From contig CM114271.1 in NCBI GenBank assembly GCA_050084515.1, positions 12,648,001-12,712,000 of the forward strand: 64,000 nucleotides of DNA, given 5' to 3'. The notes under the pieces are model-generated. The model made no database searches, was not told the DNA's origin, and saw only the letters and a list, made by a program, of their open reading frames with translations. This DNA comes from Blasia pusilla. Lineage: Eukaryota. The number at the start of each line of letters is the position of its first letter. Position 1 is the stretch's first letter. Of this stretch, positions 28,120 to 41,185 are shown piece by piece. Both the position numbers and the translations under genes were made by a program.

Positions 28120-29400
28120 TTATGACTCAACCCATCTGCATCGTGGTTGAGCGTCCCACATCTATGTACCATCTGAAAATCAAATTCTTGCAACAACAAA
28201 GCCCATCTGGCAAGCTTCCATATAAGCTTGTCGGACTCCATCAACCACATATGTGGTCGATGATCAATGATGATGGTAAAGGGATTGCCAAATCAGTATC
28301 ACCTAAAATGCGCGACAACCCACCCTACAGCCAAACACCCATCCTCATACGAGTTGAACTTTGCCTCTGTAGCGTTGTTCGAGTTGTGAGCGTAAGCCAC
28401 CACGAACTCTCTACCCTCATCATCATGCTGGATGAGCACCGCTCTGGGCCCCAACATTCTCTAATCTGTGTGCAACTCGGAAGGACGCCCCCGGATCGGT
28501 CTCCTCAAGATGGGCGCAGATGTCAACTTGTCCTTGAGCAACTGAAATGCTCGCTCTTGCTTATCCCCCCAGTGCCACTCATGATCCACCTTTGTCAGCA
28601 AGGTCAAGGGCTTTGCAATCGAACTGAATCCCTTGACGTACCGCCGATAGAAGTTCGCCAATCCCATGAATGCACGAACACGGCTCACATCTGTAGGGCG
28701 TGGAATGCGTGAGATAGCCTCTACCTTTGTATGCTGAACACCAAGGCCCCTTGGGTATATCGTATGACCAAAGTACTCAATCTGGTCGTAGAAGAACTTG
28801 CACTTTCCTGGATGTAGCTTCAGCCCATGTAATTGCAATCGTTGAAACACCTCCTCTAGATGTCGCTCATGCTCCTCAATCGCGGCACTAAAGACTATGA
28901 TGTCATCAATATAACACCTAGAAAAATCCACACCAGCCAAGATCCTATCCATGACCCTTTTGATACTCAGTTGGGGCGTTCTTTAACCCAAATAGTAAGA
29001 ATCGCCACTCGTACAAACAATTATTCTCGTGAGGATTGATGCCCCAAAATGCCGTCTTCTGCATGTCCTCCAATCTACTAGGCAGCTCATGGTATCCGAC
29101 TCGCAAATCCAATGAACTCAAGACCTTTAGGTGACCGATCGCATCAAAGATCTCTTCAGGGGTGGGCATTGCATACCTATCGTCTGCCGATTGATAGGTT
29201 GGTAATCCCCACACAACGCCTATCCGTCGAGTTGCCATGCACATCCTTCTTGGCGGGCATGATAGTGGCAGATGCATACTCCCCATGCGACATCTCCACT
29301 AGTCCTGCTCCAACCAAGTCCTCGCTCCTACTCTGAATCACAGCCCTCTCCATATCACTGTACCTATAGGGTCATCGGAAGATTGGTGTATCACTCGACA
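28120..29400 (-). pseudogene. Ty3/Gypsy reverse transcriptase and RNase H
   Basis: YAMPTPEEIFD, LDLRVGYH, KTAF, FGLKNAP, YIDDIIVFS, LKLHPGKCKF, VRAFMGLANFYRRYV, ELHTD, KLARWALLLQEFDF...DADGLS. Frameshifted. Confidence 0.92.
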
Positions 29401-29889
29401 ACTCATTTTGGATCTCCGGTCCCTTTAGCGTACCAAAATCCTCCGTGCTAAACGCAAAGCAGCTCCTATAACTCCTGAGGAATTGATATATTCGGCGCCG
29501 CTCTCCTCCTATCAACTTAGGGCCCATATCTCGCTCCCAAGTCTCCATCGTGACTACGGTAGGACTCTTCCGCGTAGGTATCGATGGTTGCTATGGTGCA
29601 ATCCCGTCTCAAACAACAAGACTCGGCCGCTCTCTTGCAGTCAACTGCAAACTCTGAACTCCTCCACGTGGAGTGCTCGGAACCACGCTCAATGTTGTGG
29701 TTATCATCTCTTGACGTACCTGCAAAACATCCCAAGAAGTCGAGGGGTGTCTCTCCTGATCTCCCCTGGGGTGTAGAACTCCTCGGGTCTCACCCCCACC
29801 CACTTCCTCCATCGTCTCGGTAGGCATGGGGCTCACCAACGAAACCGCAGGGATCTGTCCTGGTCTCATCCGACACTGCTCAGCCACTC

Positions 29890-31030
29890 CCAAGCTGAAG
29901 ATCCATGTCAAGCAGTTCAGGTCCATCGCCTGACCCAAAACAAGACATCGTGATGCCTCTAACACTGACGGATTTTCCGTCACTACTGTGGGAAATCCCA
30001 TCTCTCCTCGGCGTTGGGCTACACCAACGTCTGAACCTGGTCATCTCAAACCAAGCCAGGACCGGCCTCCTTGTATGCATAGGAAGCGGGAAAACTCACA
30101 AACGTGGAAAAGGCTGCCCGCAGCCGACCTACCCTGTTGACCACAGTCAACGGCCGTTAATCATCGTGCCTCATTGCCTGTGATTGACGACCCGAATCCA
30201 TAATATAATCCACTAATAAGTGAGAGGGGCGTTCCACTCTTGCATACGCCCTCCGCAACATCTCGTGTGGTACCATGTTGGTACACCATAGACGCGGGCG
30301 ACGTGCAAGAGAACCCACACTCGCCGCATCCAAAGCTAATGTTGGGCCGATCCAGGACGCACCTGATGTGTCATCGTCACCATCCGTGACCTGGAATCCC
30401 CCAAGATCGGTACATTCTCCAGAATGTAAGCCGGAGAACGAGACTGTTGCTACTACAAATATCTTAAGACCCTCAGCATCTCCCAAAATAACCTGGATCG
30501 AGTGTCAGCCAACCCGCTACCTCGTCTAGCACTCGATTCGTCCTGACAAGGCCAATCGAGTGCATCTGATGTGCACTTCTCACCACACGGGACCTCGAAT
30601 CGCCCAAAATTGGCACATTCTCCAAAATTTATGCTGGAGAACGAGACTGATGCTCTTGTAAATGTCGCAAGATCCGCATCATCTCCCAAAACAACCTGGA
30701 TGAGTGTTAGCTAAACCGCTACCTCGAATAGCCCTCAATTAGCCTTGACATGACCAACCAGCAATGACCAAGTCTATGGTCCCTACCCGCTCCAAGTCCT
30801 GCGCCCCCAACAATGAAATGTCCCTCGATAGGGAACTCTGGTAACCCTGAATGGCGGACGCACACAACCAGTCGGGAAAACAGAGGCGTAATGGCGCCAC
30901 ATGGTGAAGTGAAGCGCACCTCGTAACATCATCAATCTCCACATACACGTACTGATGCATGCGCACTCGAGCATGCAAAACAACAGCTAACCCAGTGCTG
31001 ATCCCTCCAAAAAGATCCAACACCCAAATA
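29890..31030 (-). pseudogene. C5 cytosine DNA methyltransferase domain (DNMT3-like) embedded in pol between protease and RT
   Basis: Motifs in order: I VLDLFGGISTG; II YVEID; III RDI; IV DLVIAGWSCQG, with a second copy WPCQD; VI YILENV; VIII LDAASVGSLARRPRLWCTN; IX PNAEER..MGFP; X SRCLVLGQAMDLNCLTWIF. Contains stops, frameshifts and an internal duplication. Confidence 0.88.
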
Positions 31031-31089
31031 TCCTTCTCTAAACCCTAAATGAGCTAAGGCGCCCATCACCTGACTGCCATCTTGGTTTG

Positions 31090-31440
31090 TAGGATGCTCA
31101 CTCCTCCCAGTAATCCAGGGGAAACCCCATCGGTTTTAACACTACTCCACTAACCAAGACGTCGTAGGACTCTACATTAGTCACTATCGCCTTGGCTCGC
31201 ACCACAGACTCATCTGTAGGTATGTCCCGAGCGAATCCTCACCACGACCTCTTGTCGGGTGATATACTGTATGATACTCACTCACCCAAAGATGTGTGTA
31301 TCCGGAATGGACAACGCTCCACATCGGTTCTTGTCAAGCCCAATCCTCTGAATGACGCTTTCCCCAACATCAGGGGTTGCGCTCCTGAATCCAACAAGAC
31401 GCGTTGCGGACTAAAAGCTCTACCTCCGAGACTCACCAAC
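31090..31440 (-). pseudogene. Retropepsin aspartic protease
   Basis: Minus strand reads PQRVLLDSGAQPLMLG (active-site DSG near 31383-31391) and later ESYDVLVSG. Confidence 0.8.
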
Positions 31441-31899
31441 TAGAAGACCGCTCCTCAATTATCCAGCAACACAACACCAGGAGAAGCCATGGCACGCTCT
31501 ATCGCGGGTTTAGCGGACATCTCCGCCATCCTAGCAGCCGCAACTTGCCATGAATCTAACGTGGACGGCCGAAGCATCTGCTCCAAGGGCATGTCCATCA
31601 CCTCCTCTGCAATCACCTCTGAACGTGATGCAAGAACTCCAACTCCGCACTCACATAGTGAAGCGGCTAGTTGAAAAGCCTCGGCGCGCGTACCCCCCAA
31701 CGTCATCACATCGAAAGCAGAAAATAAAGGAGTGCGATACACAATGGTGTGCTCGACACATGCCCCTCTTGAGCATCAGTAATAGGAGTTGTCGCACTCG
31801 CTTCTCCCATTGCCCTCCGTGCCGGCACAACAACAACATCACCAACTCTCCACGAACTTTGATGAGGATCCATCAATGGGGTCCTCATCATTGTTGATC

Positions 31900-33597
31900 C
31901 CATGAAAGACTAAGGAAGCCTAGTTTTTTTCTTGGTCTCTCCTCATTGTGGATCCCACTCTACAACTGCTCCACGCATCACAACTGCAAAGGCCTCTATT
32001 TGGGCAACCTCGCACATCCAACCACGATCCTCCATGTCTCTGGCTGCTCCATATGATGTCGATGCCACGGATCGGGCATCCGGTAACCTCAATGCCATAG
32101 CGGCAATCTCCTCCTGTAACTGTTGTATCTGAGCAACCATCCCAACCCCATGCCCTGCGTCTCCCTTGACTCGTCTAGGTGGTGTGACTCTTCCTCCTCC
32201 ACGGGCAGCTCCACCATCCTGTCGAAAAACTCTAGCTCCTCGTCCCCCAACTGGACCACCTGGTGCACAACCTCTAGCCCCACCTGGACCGGTTACTTGC
32301 TCTAGTGCCCTCTCTGGCCCTCGGTCCGGTCGTTACTCCGGATGTAAATTGAAACACCAAGCGCGTGTATGACCATACCTCTGAAAATACTCACACTAAT
32401 AACCTCTTGGTGCATCACCATCTCCTCCTCCATGCTGAGGCACACGTCCATGACCATGACGAGTGCAATCACTCTGATGATGGGCTCCACCACATGACCA
32501 ACAAGTAATAGTAGGCGGCTGCTACTGAGCCGCATATGAAGGCGCAGGTCTCTATGGCATGGCCTTCCGATAGCCTCCCTGAGCTTGTGGTGCCACAATT
32601 GACCTATCTCGGAGTCCATGTTGTTGCACAGGTGGTGTAGACAATCGTGACTGATGTCGCCCATAACCCATGGTGGTTACAATCTCATCCGCCATATTGC
32701 GCTCAATGTTCTTGGAGGTCCTTAAAAAATCTCTCAAAGTAGGGGAGATGTTCATAAGAAGCACCCCCTCCGCCACCCATGTCCGCACGGTCCGGTTCAA
32801 CACCGCGTACCATGACTGGATAGCCTGAGCCTCCGTCACCCCCTGAGTGATGTTGATCAATCCACACAAGCGAGTCTAAGCCTCACGCAAACCCTCACCC
32901 GAGCGCCTCTGGAAGTTGTGGATGCTCCGAAACTTCTCCGTCCGTACTCGCTGGTAGCTCGCCCTCAACTCATCAAAAAACTCAACCACGGGGTTGAACC
33001 TAGGACGAACCCGACTAGATGGTGCAACTGCTCCAATGCAAGTGACATCTCCTAAAACTTCACTAGTGGAAGAGGAAGTATCCTCTCATGCCTCCTCCTC
33101 CTCATCGGGAACGCTTCCGTCCATGACACATAGTGTGGGTCATAATAGTGTCGCCATGCCTCAATCTCGTGGGCATATCTGTGGGAGAACTCATGGTAAT
33201 TGTCAATGGGCATTCCCTCTAAATGTTGGAACATACCATTCCATGCTGTATACTGGTTGAACTCTCTAGAGTTCTTAGCCCGCTGTGAGTCACACCAACT
33301 TCTAAACTCCGTAATGAAGTCGTATAGCTCTATAGTGCCTATAGCACCCAAAAACCTACGTGGTCCTCTAGCTCGGTTGTCCATCTCGTACGCCCAATTG
33401 GTAGGACCACTCAATGTGTACGGTGGATCACTAACACACTCCTCTACACACTCACTCTTGTCTAAAGATAACAGAGAGGGACATCGAGGTGGTCTCTCAC
33501 TTGGAGACCCTCGAAACCTCACACCACTCCACGTAAACCCTCCATAGCTACTCTTAGGTCTACTACCTCGCCTCTCAAAATCCTGAAAGGACGCCAT
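31900..33597 (-). pseudogene. gag pseudogene with two CCHC knuckles
   Basis: ORFs 33052-33597 and 32552-32869; knuckles CWSCGGAHHQSDC (~32465-32502) and degenerate CEYFQRYGHTRAWC (~32360-32395). Homologous to 21514-23330. Confidence 0.85.
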
Positions 33598-34494
33598 GAT
33601 GGCCCTCGTGCCCCTCTCACACGATCACTCTCAATCTTGCGAGTAATCCCTCAATCACTCAAACTAAACATGCAACACACAATCTACACTCTCTCATTGA
33701 GACGTGTGTTGTGCGGCAAGAAGCAGCGTGATGCGGCAAATCACTAATCTATCGTCTCATCGACAAACCATCCTCAATTTTGGACATCCCACACAGGTCT
33801 ATGTCCCCTAATCCCTTAAATCATCGATGCTCCTAGCATCAACACAAAACCCAATATCCCAAATAACTTCCCAATATTCGGAAATCCCTCACACGTGCAA
33901 GGTAAAAGACTAGAATGGGTAACCTGACAATAATGTCGATGTTGCTCCTCGACAATTGAATATCTTGACCCCAACTCGGTCATGAAGACAACTCCTCCAA
34001 TCAGCAAGTCGTACTCCTCTCGTACTGACGTTGCTGAACCTTCTCGATGTGCGGTGCAGGTCGAGCGGTCCGGTGCGGCACTGGCGGCACGGAACGGCTA
34101 CAAAAAACATGGCACTCGGGAATGGGGTGTGGCACTCGACGGCAGACCCTCCTCAATCAGCAATTCACGCGCTCCGCTCCTTAGTGAAGAAGCGGTTCTG
34201 CGATCGAGACGGTGCGGTGCGGCCACGAGCGGCACGGCGCAGCAATCGGCGGTGCGTTGCAGCTATGGGCATTACGGCACGGTACTCTATCATCGTTGAG
34301 CTACTACCAATCACAACATAGCAGCATCAAATCAAAACTCAAACACCATATTTGGAGGTCATCTGCCATCATTGGTTGATGAAGAAATTGCGATGACGGC
34401 CAAAACAAAGTACGTGGTGGTGACGCAAGTCAGAGAATCAACGAACGTCGTGGAAGACCCTCCACTTCGTAATGGCAACAATGACAACCAAAGG

Positions 34495-34700
34495 GTGGAC
34501 AACTGACAGTGGACCGTTGACGGTAACGATTGACCGTTGATGGTGACGGCAGACCGGTGATGATGACGGTTGACGGTTGACGGTTGACCATCAATGGTGA
34601 CGGCGGACCGGTGATGATGACGGTGGACCATTGACGGTGACGGTTGACGGGTAACCATCAAGGTGACGGTTGATTGTCGACGACGGACCGTTGAACGTGA
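34495..34700. repeat. Degenerate tandem repeat (TGACGG/TTGACGG units) in the element's 5' leader
   Basis: Repeated TGACGGTTGACGGTGACGG...GACCGGTGATGATGA blocks. Confidence 0.7.
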
Positions 34701-35275
34701 CTATGATGGCGACGGCCGCCGCCGCGGTGGCGGCTAGTTTAGGGTTTGAAAATTTTAACCCTAAAAATCACCTAGCAATGGCAGTTTTGCAACATTGACC
34801 ATCACTTTTTGCTCGCAACTCTAAATTGCTCACTTTTTGTTGCACAGCTTCACAATCTACAACAACGTCAAAAAATATTTAGAATCAAACATTCTAGTAA
34901 GAACTGATGGGGACTATCGTAAATCCCAATGTCTCTTTCTCCTACACAAAATTTGACAGCGCTTTCGCGCTGATTTCTCCCAACAAAAATATAAATTTGT
35001 AAAAATACAAATCAGCAAGCTACATGGTGCTCTCGAGAGCATCGGCATGGGGCAACCGCCCCCATAATCAATCCCTATCAGAAATTGAACAGCGCTTCCG
35101 CGTGCCACTCTTCCACACAAAAAATCGATAAATGCAAAGAACAATCAAAGCAGCCCTTTCTCCGGTGAGCACTCCCATGAGCCGCTGAACGGGGAATACA
35201 ATCCCTTACCTGCAAAAACAACGAGTGACCAACGAGCTCCCTATGAAGCTCTCTCGCTCTCTCATTCTCTCTTTG

Positions 35276-35849
<574 letters not shown>

Positions 35850-35853
35850 CATG

Positions 35854-36200
35854 AAATGAAATTTTTGTACATTATTTTACCCCCAAGGTTTAGAGATATT
35901 AAAGTGGAAGACTTTGAGCAAAATATATGTGACCAGATGAGAGGGTTAATGCGGCTCCTACTTTTATAAAAAAATCTCTCTTGTAGCATGAAAGGCTCGG
36001 CCATATCAACTACAAAAAACCTGTGCATATGGAAGAGAGAGGAATGGTAAAAGGTAGAGCATTTGCCTATGTTCTTAAATAAAATAGAGCAAAACGAGAT
36101 GCATTGTCTAATGAATGCATATTATTGAGGTTTGATGAAGGAGCAAAGGCCTAACAATTTGAAGGGGAAAACAAATCACATAACTATAAGTAAAGTTTGA
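35854..36200 (+). mobile_element. Continuation of the copia relic (post-integrase SH3-like region)
   Basis: AFAYVLK*NRAKRDALSNECILLRFDEGAKA resembles the copia motif AYAHVPKEKRSKLDAKSKKCIFLGYDEESKAY. Confidence 0.6.
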
Positions 36201-37099
36201 AGAAATCAAATTATTTGTGTGGGTTGCCATTGATCAACCTTTCAGAAACTTCGAGTCTTTTGACTCCCTCTTGAACTCTTCCTCTTAGTCCCTATGTGCA
36301 CGAAATTTTGTTCTTGACCCATCCCCACATGCAAAAGAGCAATGACATCCTTATTCCTTTCATGAGTGTAAGATTCAATTTCAGCATCCCATGAAATCCA
36401 ACATCTTCCTCTGTTCGTCACAGAAAACTAATAGCTTTCTCCCTCTTTAAGCGTGAGATTCAATCTCTGGGTCCCTCCATTCAATTACACACATTGAGAA
36501 TCCTGTGAAATATCTTTCTTTTTTTGGCTTCCTATTTTTCTCCCAAATTCGTTGCATACGAGGCAACTTTCTAGCTACGACTAAGAAAGACAACATTAAT
36601 GATCCCTCACTCTGACCTTTTCGTGTGCAAAATTCTAGTCCATCAATGAATAGTGTGCTACTAAATCTATTGGCATGTCTCTATGCATATGAGATTGTTT
36701 CTTGGGTCATCAATTGCATTATGTCCTCTTCATAGATTCCGCTCCACCTCTCCCAACTACAATACCCGCCCCCCACCCTTGCCAAACCGTGCAAGGGTGC
36801 GTTGTGTCAGTTTAGATCTCTCCCATTGCTGTTAGTAATCACGAGTTGTCTCATACCAACTAAGCAAGGAAGCCAGATCCCATCACCACCAAGCTTTGTA
36901 CCCATGTGCCTCACGTGTGTGTTAATGAGAGAACTTTGTTGTTGCTCCTTGGAAACTCTATCGACACTCCCATAATAATCGAGTATAATGAATTTTGGGG
37001 AAAAGCAAAATGGCACAAGGTGATTGTATTTTTTGAGAACCAAATCCCCAAATGGTTGGGCTGGGAGAAGATGTGCTCTTTATTTTTCAGACTCTTCTT

Positions 37100-40000
37100 G
37101 CTTGCTTTCTGATCGTTGGAAATATTGGTTCAAGTTAATTTAAAATACCACATGTACAAGGACCTACAGAACAACACTTTCAAAGACTTCCATAAAACTC
37201 TTACCCCCGTAAGATTCATGACACATTATCAGTTAGAAACCCACACAACACATCCTAATCTTCATACAATAACATTCACTAGATCACGTCACCCGTCTAG
37301 AATTCAAAAAACCGTTGTTCATCATCCTGACTCCAACAAGCCCGAACATACCCAACCTGATAGTACCAGCTATCATTTATTTTGAAACCATTACCAAAGG
37401 AGTATTATTTTCTCAAACACCACTATAGGACTCATCGTGGACATTAAGGTTTTGGATATTGCACACTGCTTAGGTTGCTTCCATCCTATCCCCAGTTCCT
37501 AACAGAATTACTGTTCTACTCTCACCAAAATACTAGTGTATCCTCCAGACTGTTCAATCACTTCTACCTGCGTCCACACTATTTAGCATCATGCCTAATC
37601 ATACAAAGTAATCTACAAAGTCTAGACTTAAGAACGCTCTCAGCAAAATACCATCCGCTCATAAGAGATCTATTCTTGACAAATGCCGACTATAGATCTA
37701 TAGATCACAAGCCTGCCACCTAAACATATCTAAACAGAAACTACTTTGCAAGCCAATCAGTTACTACTAGCATCTAGCTAGTACATTTTTGTCAAAGTGG
37801 AAATCCATTTGTAACCTTTTCATACAGAAGATGCAATGTTGTGGATTCCATGGTTGTGTCCTATATTGCACTCCCCGTAGTAGAATGTGCACAATAAAGT
37901 ATGAGAAGTATCCATCATATGCTCTATGGAATGAATTTCTCAAGACTACATTATACCACTTCCTCGCCACTTCTATGCTTGTGATCAATGTACTACTTCC
38001 AAACCACGTACCAACTTAAATGTCTCTATGATACCAACATACATTAAAGAACTCCTTACATCTGATCCTCTCCAACTCCAACTTCTCTCAATTGTCGATT
38101 CGAGGACAAGCATTATACAAAAATACAATGGATTTCACAAAGGTTTATTCCGTCCAGCCTCTCTAATAGACTCTGCTCTTGTAGAGTGGAATACGAGTTT
38201 ACCAACTCAACCCACTATAGACTCTATTCAAGAAAATCTTGGCAACGTGCTTGCAACTAACTTAGCTATAAATGATTTATACAAAGACTATAAATGCTTG
38301 TTGGAACTTCCGAACCCATCTTTGGTTTTATAGTACTTCCAAGAAACTCAGTCTCCCCCATTCTCAAAAAAATCCAAGAGAAAGGTCAGGTAACTTATAA
38401 CATGTCCTTCAACCCCTATCATCCATAATTGAATGTGTTACAAGATGTAACATACTCTCTTCCCGTCCAACGTCGCCATACATATGATATCTTCAACAAC
38501 GGTAGTATCTTCCTTAAGAGACAGGAATTTTCCAGAGAATCATTCTTAACATACTCAAGTGGAAACTCCCTTGATAGTAAGCTCACAATTGAGACATGTA
38601 TCTTTCCTTTTCTTTTAGGTTACTTTGGTGGATCCATATCATTTTTGGACTATACGAGACAAAGGACAAAGTAACTCTTTAGTCCATTTTCCCTTTTCAA
38701 ACCATATCCACTAGTCATGCACCACATACGAAAGTCAAATTCCTTATGTTCATCCTCTCAGTCATTCATACTCAACAAAGATCTAGATAAGTTGAGAAGA
38801 AACAAGCCAAATTTACCTGAAGAAGACTTGTATCGCCACTCGTCTAAGCATTCTCTTAGTTGCTAAGTCGCTGGTACACTAGGATGGCATAGGAAAGACT
38901 TGAAAGACATTAAAGCCATGGTATAAAAGTGGGGTATGCCCCACTTTTTCTTAACACTCACATACAATGAAGTCTCTCCAACAAAATGGCCAGAGGTAGA
39001 CTCAATAGAAATGGTCTCACATACATTCAACCCTAACTTCACCTGGCACAATGGACGAGTTGAATGTGCATAGCTTTTCCATACTCGCCTTCACATATTC
39101 CTATCTCAGTTCATCTTCATTGGCCCACAAATACTTGGTAGAGTTCTCAATTACGTCCTAAGAACCTACACCTAATCTATGTGTAATCTCTATGTCAATA
39201 TCTGATTCGGATATTGACACCAAGACTGCACATTGTTTAGGACTAGATAGTTTGGATGAAGTTAAGCTTAAGCTTATATATGGAGTTGTGCTTAATCGTT
39301 CTATATCATCTACATAAGCTTCTTCTCATGTCCATACAAATTCCAATCATATTCAGATCCCAATCCGTCAAGTACATAAACTCTAATCCATCAACATGCC
39401 GAACTACATCATATAAAGAATGCATCAGTACCATGGATTCACCTTATTGTAGTATATTGTAGTAGACCATAATTTTTAGAATCTATCATATTGACACATC
39501 ACTGGACCTATTATACTATTGTAAAAAGTGCCAAACACTCCGCTGCTACAAGAACCATAGGAGTTGATTTGGTAGGAAACATTATTTGCAAGACCTCTAA
39601 ACTCATTTGTTTTACTGAATTCCATCCACTTCACGAGTGGAATGAGTTCTTTTACAATCAAATTCTTCACCATGTGCCATTCAAGTCAGATAACGACCTT
39701 GTTTCCTCAAACTTACCCCGTTGGTAATATCTCCACGAGTGTCTTCTATGAGGTGTTATAACTAGTATAGAGTCAATTGATACACTTATAAACACACATG
39801 CCACTTTGAATCTATGGAGCTCAACACATACTTTTGAAATACTAACTAAGACCTATGATATTCTCAGACCCTTGCTCCAAGACAACCTATCTGAGATATG
39901 AGCAAAAATTTCACCTAACCCATCATCTCATGATATTATTAAAGACGATGCATCTGATTTTGATATGACCATCCTCAACAACGAGCAACTACAGTTTTTT

Positions 40001-41185
40001 CACAAACTCAAAATCAAATCATATGGCTTAGTTTTATTATAGGGCTCTCTAGGTACTGGCAAAACTTTCTTTATCAATTTTAAGTGTAAGTTTGGGAAAT
40101 CCTTAGGGTTACATGTCCTACTTGCAGCCACAATAGGAATTGCAGACGTTAGATTGCACCCAAAAGCCACTATTGTTCACCCATCTTTTTGCATTCCAAT
40201 ACGCGGGGAAGTTCCATACTTGCACGCAACCTCGGACGCTAGTATGAAACTTATGGAATGTAACGTAGTTATTATAGTTGAATATTCAATATTAACACCT
40301 CATATACTTCAAATTATACCCATGAGGCTAAATGAAATAACAACTTCTTCTACACGTGACCCATTTGGTGGACGTCTCGTAGTTTTGGCCGACAACATGT
40401 GTCACTTGCCACATGTTTGCAAGCATAAAACAGATAGCACATGCTCATCTTGTCACCTACTCTCTTTGCAACTCATCTGTTTGGCAGATAAATATGAGCT
40501 TCTAACATCTATGTGTCATTCTAGTGATATTCACTACTTAAACTTTATGAATACAGTCAAAAGTTGACTTCCTTATTTTCAAGAAATAGATTATTGCCTT
40601 GGCATATGCTTTGTCTTTAAGAATGATGCAATTGACTTCCTCATGGAAGACATAACTGTTATTTGTTCCCATCGCGAGGATGTGAAACTTTTCACCGATG
40701 CTCCTCATATTCATGAATTAGAAACATGGATACTTGACCTTGATTTTCATTAGTTACTTTTCTTTGCTATTGGTTAATGTTAGATGACATGCTGACATCT
40801 AACATTAACCTCAAGATTCAGGCCGCAAACGACTTTGAAAGTGTCATAAGAAATTTACATTATAGAGATACTATTTTTATATCTATATCTGTTAGAATTA
40901 CTACATCTACACGAATTGTATGAGTAACTAGGATCAATTTTCCACACTCGAGTATGGTTCTGACTTTATATATTACAAAAAATCATTCCTACTAATACTT
41001 GGTTATGCCATGACAAGTCATAAAAGCCAAGGCCTTACAGTAAAAGGAAAGTGCTTACTTGTTATTAAGTCTACTTTTGCACATGGTCTAGTTTATATTA
41101 TGCTTTTGTGTGCCCAATTTGGAGATCAGATCAGAATTCTTGGAAGTTTGCCTCCGTCTGACTTTTTCACGTTTGGACAATCTTG
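37100..41185 (+). mobile_element. Helitron RepHel pseudogene (Rep plus Pif1-family helicase)
   Basis: ETCIFPFLLG...SFLDY (~38590); Rep motif 1 KWGMPHFFLTLTYNE (~38925); Walker A GSLGTGKT (~40042); IIVEYSIL; DPFGGRLVVLADNMCHLPHV; FLLILGYAMTSHKSQGLT...FAHGLVYIML (~40985-41105). Many stops. Confidence 0.85.

Noticed and set aside
27053-28712. Plus-strand ORFs of 130-211 aa overlapping pol
   Set aside because: Antisense shadows of RT/IN coding sequence with no recognisable domains.
34495-34700. Short repeats as a CRISPR-like array
   Set aside because: Degenerate tandem 6-7-mers without unique spacers, in a eukaryotic TE leader.
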